The notes under the pieces were generated by a model that was not told the DNA's origin, made no database searches, and saw only the letters and a program-made list of their open reading frames with translations. This document shows positions 24,117 through 35,053 of a DNA stretch of 36,919 bases, piece by piece (the first letter of the stretch is position 1; each line of letters opens with the position of its first letter). Source of the DNA: Thermoanaerobaculia bacterium. Lineage in GTDB: Bacteria; Acidobacteriota; Thermoanaerobaculia; Multivoradales; UBA5704. The DNA is taken from positions 1 to 36,919 of the forward strand of contig DASUNJ010000389.1 of the NCBI GenBank assembly GCA_036277235.1. Direction: 5' to 3'. Position numbers and translations under genes: made by a program.

Positions 24117-24722
24117 CTACATCCGCTTCCTGTGGCGGGGTACGTCTAAGGTCGAATACTCCAACTCGCTGTTCTCGCGCACGGCGCGCAGCAGCACGGA
24201 ACCGCGGCTCATGTCACCGATCCCCACGAAACTGCGCGGGAAGACCAGCCGGTCGCCGAAGACGGGCAGCAGGAGGTCCACGTACTTGTCCGTGGCGATG
24301 CTGCCCAGGAGCACCACCTGGGTGTCGTCCGGCAGGGCTTCCTTCAACATCTCGGTGTGCTGCCGCATGGGCTCGCAGTAGCCGGGGTTCTTGAGGTCGA
24401 TCGGCGTGCGGCGGAGCGTCTCCACGCGCTTGGCCGTGAGGGGCCACCCCTCCGGCACCAGGCCGAACCCCGGAGCGATGACCAGGACCCCGGATGAAGG
24501 CAGATCCTCCGGCGGCTCCGCGAAGTGGCGGGCATACGCGATCTTCCCCCGGAAATAGAGCGAGCTGAGAAAGGTGAAGGCTTCCTCGATGGGAACGCCC
24601 TCACGGCTGCGGTAGCGCCGCGCCGTCTCGAAGCGCGCCTCGGGCGACAGGAGCTGGCGGGCACGCTCGCCGGTCAGGCTGGCCGGGGAGAGGATGAAGA
24701 TCTTGTTGGGTGCTTCAGGCAT
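24117..24722 (-). CDS. Conserved hypothetical protein (201 aa), family not recognised
   Basis: The start was chosen at MPEAPNKIFILSPASL (complement of 24720-24722), because the upstream part of the track ORF runs through the repeat array. The region VVLLGSIATDKYVDLLLPVFGDRLVFPRSFVGIGDMSRGSVLLR looks like a conserved globular core. Confidence 0.55.
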   Translation of the reverse strand: MPEAPNKIFILSPASLTGERARQLLSPEARFETARRYRSREGVPIEEAFTFLSSLYFRGKIAYARHFAEPPEDLPSSGVLVIAPGFGLVPEGWPLTAKRVETLRRTPIDLKNPGYCEPMRQHTEMLKEALPDDTQVVLLGSIATDKYVDLLLPVFGDRLVFPRSFVGIGDMSRGSVLLRAVRENSELEYSTLDVPRHRKRM

Positions 24723-24765
24723 ACCGTTGTTCCAGAACAACGGTACCGGCGTAGCGCATTCCAGG

Positions 24766-24845
24766 AAAAGGACCAAAAGGACCAAAAGGACCAAAAGGAC
24801 GCAAAGGACCTAAAGGACACGGACGACCCGTCCTTTCAGTCCTTC
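24766..24845. repeat. Nonamer tandem-repeat array, locus B: 6 x AAAGGACNN (three identical AAAAGGACC) plus 2 inverted GTCCTT(T) units
   Basis: GGAC occurs at 24770, 24779, 24788, 24797, 24806 and 24815 (period 9), plus 24821. GTCC occurs at 24830 and 24839. The array lies between the stop of the GGDEF-EAL gene (complement of 24845-24847) and the next minus-strand gene. Confidence 0.9.
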
Positions 24846-27358
24846 TAGGACACCCTTCCGGAGAACGGCACCGGGCTCGGCCATTCGTGGACGGCGCGGG
24901 TGATCAGCTCCTCGACCTCGTCGCCGTCGACCGGGTGCGAGAAGAAGAACCCCTGGCCGTACTCGCAGCCCATGCCGCGCAGCTTGGCCACGTGCTCCAG
25001 GCTCTGGATGCCCTCGGCCACGACCTTCATGCCGAGCTGGTGGCCCAGGTTCACGATCGCCGCCACGATCGCCAGGTTGCCGCCCTCCTCGCCGATGCGC
25101 GAGACGAAGGAGCGGTCGATCTTCAGGATGTCCATGGGGTAGCGGTGGAGGTAGTTGAGCGAGGAGTAGCCCTTGCCGAAGTCGTCCAGGTAGAGCTGCA
25201 CACCGAGGGCTTTCAACCGCGAGAAGCGGCTGGTCGCCGACTCGGCGTGGCGGATGATGACCCCCTCGGTGATCTCCAGCCCCAGGTACTCGGGCTCGAG
25301 GCCGGAGACGGCGAGGGCCTCGGCGATCTGCTCGTGCAGGTCGGACTGGAAGAACTGCTTGTTCGAGAGGTTCACGCTCACCCGGAGGTCCCGGTGCTCG
25401 GGATACTTGGTCTGCAGGTGGCGCACGCGCTGGCAGGCCTGGGTGAGCACGTAGCGGCCGAGCGGCAGGATCAGGCCGGTCTCCTCCGCCACGGTGAGGA
25501 AGTCGTCGGGGAGGATCAGGCCCCTGCGCGGATGGATCCAGCGCATCAGCGCTTCGACGCCGGTGACCGTGCCGGTGCCCAGATCCACGAACGGCTGGTA
25601 GTGCACCTCGATCTGGCCGCGCTCGATGGCGCGCCGCAGCTCGCTCTCGAGCTGCAGGCGCGCCATGACGAAGTGGTGCATGCCGCGGTGGAAGACCACG
25701 TGGCAGGCCCGGCCCGAGCTCTTGGCCCGGTACATGGCCGTGTCCGCGTCGCGCAGCAGGTCCTCGGGCTTCTCGTAGTCCGGCGTGCAGATGGCGATGC
25801 CGATGCTCGCCGTGATGAAGACCTCGTGCCCGCCCAGGTTGATCGGCGCGGCCAGCCGCTCGTGGATGCGGTCGGCGACGCTGGCCGCGTCCTCCACCTC
25901 GTGCCCCCTTTCGAGCAGGATGGCGAACTCGTCGCCGCCGATCCGGGCGATGGTGTCCATCGGGCGCAGCGCCGAGGACAGGGCGCGGGCGATCTGGATC
26001 AGGAGCTGGTCGCCGACCAGGTGGCCGAGGCTGTCGTTGACGATCTTGAACTGGTCCACGTCCAGGAAGAGGACGGCCATCAGCCGGTCGGGCTCGCGCC
26101 GGGAGCGCTCGACCGCCTGCCAGAGCCGGTCCATGAACAGGGCGCGGTTGGGCAGGCCGGTCAGCTCGTCGTGCAGTGCGTCGTGGAGCAGACGCTCCTC
26201 GGCGCGCTTGCGGTCGGTGATGTCGTGGGAGTTGAGGACGAGGCCCAGGACCGAAGGGTGAGCGAGGAGGTTGGAGGCCGTGGACTCGATCGTCAGCCAG
26301 GTGTCGTTGCGGTGCTGGCAGCGGAACTCGATGGTCAGGTTCTCGTGCGGCAGGTCCACCAGGCATTCAAGGGCGTTGGCCACGAGCGGGCGGTCCTCGT
26401 AGTGGACGAAATCGAGGAAGTTGCCGCCCACGAAATCCTCGGGCGCATGGCCGAGCAGGCGCTGGTGGGAGGGGCTGGCGTAGAGCACGGAGCCGTCCGG
26501 GTCGAGGATGGAGATCATGTCCGAGGCGTTCTGGACGAGCGCGCGGAAGCGCTCCTCGCTCGCCTGGAGCGCGTCCTGGGCCCGCCGCCGGTCCGTGATG
26601 TCCTCGAGCGCCCCCTCGTAGCGCACCACCCGGCCGTCCTCGTCCCGGATCGTCTGCAGGCTGAAGCGCACCCAGATCACCCGCCCGTCGTGGCGCCGCA
26701 CCTGCGTCTCGAAGGACTGGATGCGGGAGCCCGCCTCCTCCTCGACCGTCCGCTGCCAGCGCTGGCGGTCCTGGGGGTCGTAGTAGATGTCGCCGACGTT
26801 CGCGCGGAGCAGGGTCTCGCGGTCGGGATAGCCCAGGACGCGGACCAGGGCGTCGTTGGCGTCCAGCAGCCGTCCGGCGGGCGTGGTCCGGTACAGGCCG
26901 ATGGGCACGCCCTCGAACACGCTGCGGTAGCGCTCCTCCGACTCGCGTAGCGCCTCCTCGGAACGTTTGCGGTCGGTGAAGTCGTCCACGAAGGCGCAGA
27001 ACCGGCGCTCCGCGATGCGCAGCCTCAGCCGCAGCAGCTCCGGCCCGACCGGCTCGACCAGCCAGTCGTCGGCGCCTGCGTCCATCAGTGCCTGCGCGTG
27101 CTCCGGGCTGCCGTCCCGGGTCACGGCCAGGACGATGCCGTGCCTGGCGTGAGGCAACCCGCGCGCCGATCGGCAGAGCTCGACGGTCTCCGCCGGGTCC
27201 GCTCGCCAGAGAATGAGGAAGGGATGGGCTTCCGGCCGCAGGCGCTCGAGGGCTTCGCAAGGATCGTCCGTGACGGCGAGCTCGTGCCCGCCCTCACGCA
27301 GCGCCTCTTCCAGGACAGCCTGGCAGACGGACGCCTCCTTCAGCAGCAGCGCTCGCAT
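24845..27358 (-). CDS. Pseudo-receiver + 3 PAS + GGDEF + EAL c-di-GMP turnover protein
   Basis: This is an 837-aa ORF. Domain evidence:
- N-terminal CheY-like fold, followed by PAS-like repeats (ESEERYRSVFEG..., ASEERFRALVQNASD...)
- GGDEF domain: RPMD-x5-GGDEFAILL
- EAL domain: EALMRW, DDFGKGYSSL, KIDRSF, EGIQS, QGFFFSHP. Confidence 0.9.
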   Translation of the reverse strand: MRALLLKEASVCQAVLEEALREGGHELAVTDDPCEALERLRPEAHPFLILWRADPAETVELCRSARGLPHARHGIVLAVTRDGSPEHAQALMDAGADDWLVEPVGPELLRLRLRIAERRFCAFVDDFTDRKRSEEALRESEERYRSVFEGVPIGLYRTTPAGRLLDANDALVRVLGYPDRETLLRANVGDIYYDPQDRQRWQRTVEEEAGSRIQSFETQVRRHDGRVIWVRFSLQTIRDEDGRVVRYEGALEDITDRRRAQDALQASEERFRALVQNASDMISILDPDGSVLYASPSHQRLLGHAPEDFVGGNFLDFVHYEDRPLVANALECLVDLPHENLTIEFRCQHRNDTWLTIESTASNLLAHPSVLGLVLNSHDITDRKRAEERLLHDALHDELTGLPNRALFMDRLWQAVERSRREPDRLMAVLFLDVDQFKIVNDSLGHLVGDQLLIQIARALSSALRPMDTIARIGGDEFAILLERGHEVEDAASVADRIHERLAAPINLGGHEVFITASIGIAICTPDYEKPEDLLRDADTAMYRAKSSGRACHVVFHRGMHHFVMARLQLESELRRAIERGQIEVHYQPFVDLGTGTVTGVEALMRWIHPRRGLILPDDFLTVAEETGLILPLGRYVLTQACQRVRHLQTKYPEHRDLRVSVNLSNKQFFQSDLHEQIAEALAVSGLEPEYLGLEITEGVIIRHAESATSRFSRLKALGVQLYLDDFGKGYSSLNYLHRYPMDILKIDRSFVSRIGEEGGNLAIVAAIVNLGHQLGMKVVAEGIQSLEHVAKLRGMGCEYGQGFFFSHPVDGDEVEELITRAVHEWPSPVPFSGRVS

Positions 27359-27491
27359 TGGGGCTCGGAACCTCCTCGTCGGATCTTACGCAAAGTATAT
27401 CCGGTTCATGGAATTGCACCATCCCGTGCCTTCGTAAGACCACGCTGTAGAAATGCTTTGCCGTTCCAGGGCACAATCAGGAGAGTTGCCC

Positions 27492-30392
<2,901 letters not shown>

Positions 30393-31198
30393 TCGCTGGT
30401 TCCGACGTCGGCGAGCACCCGTGAAGCCATGGCGCGCTCGGCGAGGGGGAGGCTGGCGAGGATGTAGTCGATCCGCCACCCGATGTTGCGCTGCCGCATG
30501 TTGCGCCACGGAGCCCACCAGGTGAACAGGCTGTCGTTCTCCGGATCGAGGGTCCGGCCGACGTCGACCAGCCCGCGGGAGATCACCCGCGCCAGCAGGT
30601 CCCGCTCCTCGGCCCGCTGTCCGATGATCCCCGGCTTGCGCTCCTTGGGATGGACGTCGCGGTCGGTCAGGGCGACGTTCAAGTCGCCGGAGAGCACGAG
30701 CCGCCGGCCCTCGGATTCCAATCCGGCGGCGTAATCCCGCATGGCATCCAGGAAGCGCAGCTTGGCCTCGTAGTCCTTGCCCCCGTTGGGCACGTAGACC
30801 GAGGCGAAGGTCACACCTCCTGCCTCCGCGGTCACGATGCGGGTCTCATGGTCGAACGAGGGATGGCTGAACCGCGGCTCCTCCGGAAACGTGTCGCGCC
30901 GCAGGTTGAGCCCGACCCCCGAGTAGCCGCCGGAGCCGTGCCAGTAGCACCAGTACCCTTCCAGGCTGCAAACGGTCTCGGAGATCTTGTCCGGAGACGC
31001 CTTGATCTCCTGCAGGCAGATCACGTCAGGCCGGTCGCGCCCGACCCATTCGAGGAACTGCGCCTCCCGTGCGCGGATGCCGTTGACGTTCCAAGTGGCG
31101 ACGGTGATAGGCATGGGCGGATGATATCGCAGGGAGCCGAAGGCGTGCATTCCGGGAACTGCGTGCCGCTCCCGAGCAATCCACCTGGCCGGTTACCC

Positions 31199-31229
31199 GT
31201 CCTTTTCGTCCTTTCAGTCCTTTTGGTCC
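31199..31229. repeat. Nonamer tandem-repeat array, locus C: 4 x GTCCTTTNN
   Basis: GTCC occurs at 31199, 31208, 31217 and 31226 (period 9). The array lies in the divergent spacer between xth (-) and the ABC exporter gene (+). Confidence 0.85.
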
Positions 31230-31255
31230 GAAGCTCCCCGGCATAGACTTCGAGC

Positions 31256-33085
31256 ATGGAAGCCGTCAGCGTCCCCGCCGCCCGCCTCCCTGAATCGAGC
31301 CGCCCGATGCAGCGCCTCTTCGGCTATCTGCGCTCGTACCAGGGACGGCTGCTCTGGGCGAGCGGGTCGAGCGTCCTCAACAAGATCCTCGACCTGATGC
31401 CGCCGCTCCTGGTCGGCTGGGTCATCGACTCCCTGCGCGGCTCGCCGCCGGGCTGGATCGCCTCCCTGGCCGGCACTTCCGACCCCTGGAGCATGGCCGT
31501 GGTCCTCTCCGGGCTCGCGGTCGCGATCTTCTTCTTCGAGAGCTTCTTCCAGTGGCTCTACCAGGCCGGGTTCATGGGCCTCGCCCAACTCGTCCAGCAC
31601 GACCTGCGCATGGACGCCTACAACCGCATCCAGTCGCGCGAGGTCTCGTTCTTCGAAGAGCATCGGCTGGGCGAGATCCTCTCCATGCTCAACGACGACG
31701 TGAACCAGCTCGAGCGGTTCCTGAACACCGGCTTCAACGAGCTGCTCCAGATCGTCGTGCTCTTCGTCTTCGCCGGCATCATCATGTTCTCCACCTCCTG
31801 GCAGCTCTCGCTGGTGGGCATGGCGCCGATCCCGCTCATCCTCTGGGGGAGCGTCTACTACCAGCGCCGGATCGCGCCGCGCTACAGCCGCATCCGCGAA
31901 GGCGTCGGCGGCCTCGCGAGCCGGCTGGAAAACAACATCGCGGGCATCCAGGTCATCAAGAGCTTCACAGCCGAGCCCTTCGAGACCGAGCGCGTCCGCC
32001 GGGTCTCCGAGGAATACCGGGAGGCCAACTTCCTGGCGATCCGGCTCTCGGCCATCTACGTGCCGGTCATCCGGATGGCCATCGTCATCGGCTTTGCCGG
32101 GGTGCTCCTGGTGGGCAGCTACTGGGTGCTCCAGGGGCGGATTCTCACCGTGGGCGAGCTGGTCCTCTTCGCCATGATGACCGAGCGCCTGCTCTGGCCC
32201 CTCACCCGCCTGGGCACCACGCTCGACGAGTACCAGCGCGCCAAGGCAAGCGCCCGGCGGACGTTCGGCCTGCTGGAGACGCCGCCGACCATCGTGGAGC
32301 GCGAGAATCCTGTGCGCCTGCCCCGTGCCCGCGGCGAGGTCGTCTTCGACCGGGTCGAGTTCCGCTACCCGAGCCGGCAGGGGGACCTGCCCGTGCTCGA
32401 CGAGCTGAGCTTCCGCATCGCTCCCGGCGAGACCCTGGGTGTGGCTGGACCCACGGGAGCGGGCAAGTCGACGGTCATCAAGCTCCTCCTGCGCTTCTAC
32501 GACGTCACCGGCGGCGCCGTGCGGCTGGACGGCCACGACGTGCGCGATCTGTCCCTGTCCGATCTGCGGAATAACATCGCCCTGGTGAGCCAGGACGTCT
32601 ATCTTTTCCACGGCACGATCCGGGAGAACATCGCCTACGTCACTCCGGACGCGCCCCTCGAAGAAGTCATCCGCGCCGCGCAGCTCGCCCAGCTCCACGA
32701 TTTCGTGGCCACGCTCCCGCAGGGTTATGACACGCTGGTTGGGGAGCGCGGAGTGAAGCTCTCGGGAGGCCAGCGCCAGCGCCTCTCGATCGCGAGGGCC
32801 ATCCTCAAGGACGCGCCCATCCTGATCCTCGATGAGGCCACCAGCTCCGTGGACACCGAGACCGAGCGTGCCATCCAGCAGAGCCTGCGCACGATCACGG
32901 CCGGCCGCACCGCCCTGGTGATCGCCCACCGTCTCTCCACGATCCGCCACGCCGACCGCATCCTCGTCCTCCGCGACGGCAAGGTCGCCGAGGAGGGACA
33001 TCACGACGATCTCCTCGCGAGAGGCGGGACCTACGCGGATTTGTGGCACATCCAGTCGGGTGAGCTGGAGGAGGTCCTCCCTTGA
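31256..33085 (+). CDS. ABC exporter, fused permease/ATPase (MsbA/MdlB-like)
   Basis: An N-terminal six-helix TMD is followed by Walker A GPTGAGKST, signature LSGGQRQR and Walker B ILILDEATS. An alternative start is MQRLF at 31307. Confidence 0.88.
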   Translation: MEAVSVPAARLPESSRPMQRLFGYLRSYQGRLLWASGSSVLNKILDLMPPLLVGWVIDSLRGSPPGWIASLAGTSDPWSMAVVLSGLAVAIFFFESFFQWLYQAGFMGLAQLVQHDLRMDAYNRIQSREVSFFEEHRLGEILSMLNDDVNQLERFLNTGFNELLQIVVLFVFAGIIMFSTSWQLSLVGMAPIPLILWGSVYYQRRIAPRYSRIREGVGGLASRLENNIAGIQVIKSFTAEPFETERVRRVSEEYREANFLAIRLSAIYVPVIRMAIVIGFAGVLLVGSYWVLQGRILTVGELVLFAMMTERLLWPLTRLGTTLDEYQRAKASARRTFGLLETPPTIVERENPVRLPRARGEVVFDRVEFRYPSRQGDLPVLDELSFRIAPGETLGVAGPTGAGKSTVIKLLLRFYDVTGGAVRLDGHDVRDLSLSDLRNNIALVSQDVYLFHGTIRENIAYVTPDAPLEEVIRAAQLAQLHDFVATLPQGYDTLVGERGVKLSGGQRQRLSIARAILKDAPILILDEATSSVDTETERAIQQSLRTITAGRTALVIAHRLSTIRHADRILVLRDGKVAEEGHHDDLLARGGTYADLWHIQSGELEEVLP

Positions 33086-33099
33086 CCGCGAAGGTCCTG

Positions 33100-33470
33100 G
33101 ATTCGCTGGGGGGCAACGCGTCCCCGCTCGGGGCGACGCGTCCGCACCGGGGGCGGGCTGTCCGCGCAGGGTAGCAGGGCATCCCCATCGCGGGCGGCTT
33201 GCAAGGCCGGGTCGTGACGCGCAAGCGCCGGGGCCCGGCCGCCCGCGGTGGGGGCGGCGCCCCCGCGCCGGGTACGGGCTCGTCCCCATCGCGGGCAGCT
33301 CAGCCCCGGCGCGGGCAGGCCGCAACGCGCGCGGCTGGCGCAGCCGCTGTGGGGACGGGCCTCTACCCGGCGCTTGCGCGTTGCCCCCGGAGCGGGCGGG
33401 TCACCCGCTGCGCGGCCGGCTCGCCCCCGGCGCTTGTGCGTCGGCGCGGGAAGGTGCGTCCTCCTATCGC
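33100..33470. repeat. Very GC-rich degenerate repeat region with G-tracts about every 20 nt
   Basis: Tandem-like units include GGGGCAACGCGTCCCCGCTC / GGGGCGACGCGTCCGCACC. A roughly 30-nt unit GGGTA(g)C(a)GGGC..CCCCATCGCGGGC(G/A)GCT occurs at about 33169 and about 33269. CCCGGCGCTTG(C/T)GCGT occurs at about 33365 and about 33425. Confidence 0.7.
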
Positions 33471-33492
33471 AAGGAGGTGTATCGTTGACCCG

Positions 33493-35031
33493 ATGCTCCC
33501 CCTGCTCCTGTTCCTCACCTTCCTCACTCCCCAATACGACCTGCTGATCCGGGGCGGCACCGTCATCGACGGCTCCGGCGCGCTAGGCATCCAGGCGGAC
33601 GTGGCCATCCAGGACGGCAAGATGGTGAAGATCGGCAACCTTTCAGAAGCCAAGGCAAAGCGGGTGATCGACGCGACCGGCCTTGTCATAGCTCCGGGGT
33701 TCATCGATGTCCACACTCACGCGGACGAGCTGGCGGAGAACCCGCGGGCGGAGAACTATCTCCGGATGGGGGTCACCACGGTCGTCGCCGGCAACTGCGG
33801 CTCCTCGGCTTTGAGGATCGGCGAGGCTCTCGCAGCCATCCGTCAAGCCGGACCTTCGATCAATTACGCCACCCTGATCGGACACAACACGGTGAGAGAG
33901 ACGGTGATGGGAGAGGAACGTCGCGCTCCGACTCCCGCCGAGATGGAAAAGATGAAGGCGCTCGTCGCCCAGGGGATGAAGGAGGGAGCCGTCGGATTCT
34001 CCACCGGACTCCAGTACACGCCTGGGACTTGGGCTGATCCTTCCGAGATCACGGAGCTTGCCCGCGTCGCATGCAATGCTGGCGGGTTGTACGCCTCTCA
34101 CATGCGGAACGAAGGGACGGAGATCGAGAAGTCCGTGGCCGAGACGATCGCGGTGGGAGAGTCGGCCGGCTGCCGGGTCGAGATTTCTCACCTCAAGATC
34201 GACAGCCCGCGCAATTGGGGGATGAGCGCCAAGGCTCTCTCTTTGATCGACAGCGCCCGTTCGCGCGGCGTGGATGTCCGGGCGGATCAGTACGCCTACA
34301 CTGCCGCCGCCTCCAGCCTCTCGATCCGCTTCCCCGACTGGGTGCTCGAAGGAGGACAAGGAGAGGTCCGCAAGCGGCTGGACGATCCGGCGACATGGGC
34401 GAAGGTCAAGGAGGGGATGAAGGAGCTTCTCGCCGCCCGGGGATTCCAGGATCTCTCGTTCGCCGTCGTCTCTTCCTACCCGCCCGATCCCTCGCTTCAG
34501 GGACTCTCCATGAAAGACGTGGCGGTCCGTCTCAAAGGGAACGGCTCGGCCGACGCGCAATTCGAAGCCGCGCGCGACATGCTCCGCGCGGGCGGCGCGG
34601 GCATGGTCTATCACCTGATGTCCGAGGACGATGTCGCCACGATCCTCAGGCACCCCCAGGTTGCCGTGGCTTCGGACGGCGCTCTCCCTGTCTTTGGAAA
34701 GGACGCCACCCACCCGCGCGCCTATGGCAACAACGCCCGGGTCCTCGGTCTTTACGTGCGGGAGAAGAAAGCGATCTCGCTCGAAGAGGCGATCCGCAAG
34801 ATGACCTCGCTTCCCGCCGCTCACTTCAAGCTGTCCGGACGTGGCATGGTGAAGGAGGGTTACTCGGCGGACCTCGTCCTCTTCGATCCCGCCAAGGTAG
34901 GTGATGCCGCCACGTTCGAGAAGCCCCATGCCTACGCGGCAGGCTTCCCCTACGTCCTGGTCAACGGCGTGCCGGTGATTGACGGCGGCACGCACACGGG
35001 AGCGAAAGCGGGGCACGCGGACGCCGATTGA
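33493..35031 (+). CDS. N-acyl-D-amino-acid deacylase (D-aminoacylase) family amidohydrolase
   Basis: The start is at MLPLLLFLTFL, inside track ORF 33199-35031. DLLIRGGTVIDGSG...VIAPGFIDVHTHAD...ISHLK...DLVLFDP is typical of D-aminoacylase-type amidohydrolases. Confidence 0.85.
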   Translation: MLPLLLFLTFLTPQYDLLIRGGTVIDGSGALGIQADVAIQDGKMVKIGNLSEAKAKRVIDATGLVIAPGFIDVHTHADELAENPRAENYLRMGVTTVVAGNCGSSALRIGEALAAIRQAGPSINYATLIGHNTVRETVMGEERRAPTPAEMEKMKALVAQGMKEGAVGFSTGLQYTPGTWADPSEITELARVACNAGGLYASHMRNEGTEIEKSVAETIAVGESAGCRVEISHLKIDSPRNWGMSAKALSLIDSARSRGVDVRADQYAYTAAASSLSIRFPDWVLEGGQGEVRKRLDDPATWAKVKEGMKELLAARGFQDLSFAVVSSYPPDPSLQGLSMKDVAVRLKGNGSADAQFEAARDMLRAGGAGMVYHLMSEDDVATILRHPQVAVASDGALPVFGKDATHPRAYGNNARVLGLYVREKKAISLEEAIRKMTSLPAAHFKLSGRGMVKEGYSADLVLFDPAKVGDAATFEKPHAYAAGFPYVLVNGVPVIDGGTHTGAKAGHADAD

Positions 35032-35053
35032 AGGTAAAATCGACCGCCAGCCC

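Noticed and set aside
24525-24848. ORFs ending in KDQKDQKDQKDAKDLKD (24525-24848 +), and the similar KDQKDVKDSKDVKDK read-through at locus A.
   Set aside because: The lysine/aspartate repeat is the translation of the AAAGGACNN nonamer array. The arrays occur in three unrelated contexts and both orientations, so they are DNA/RNA-level repeats and not coding.
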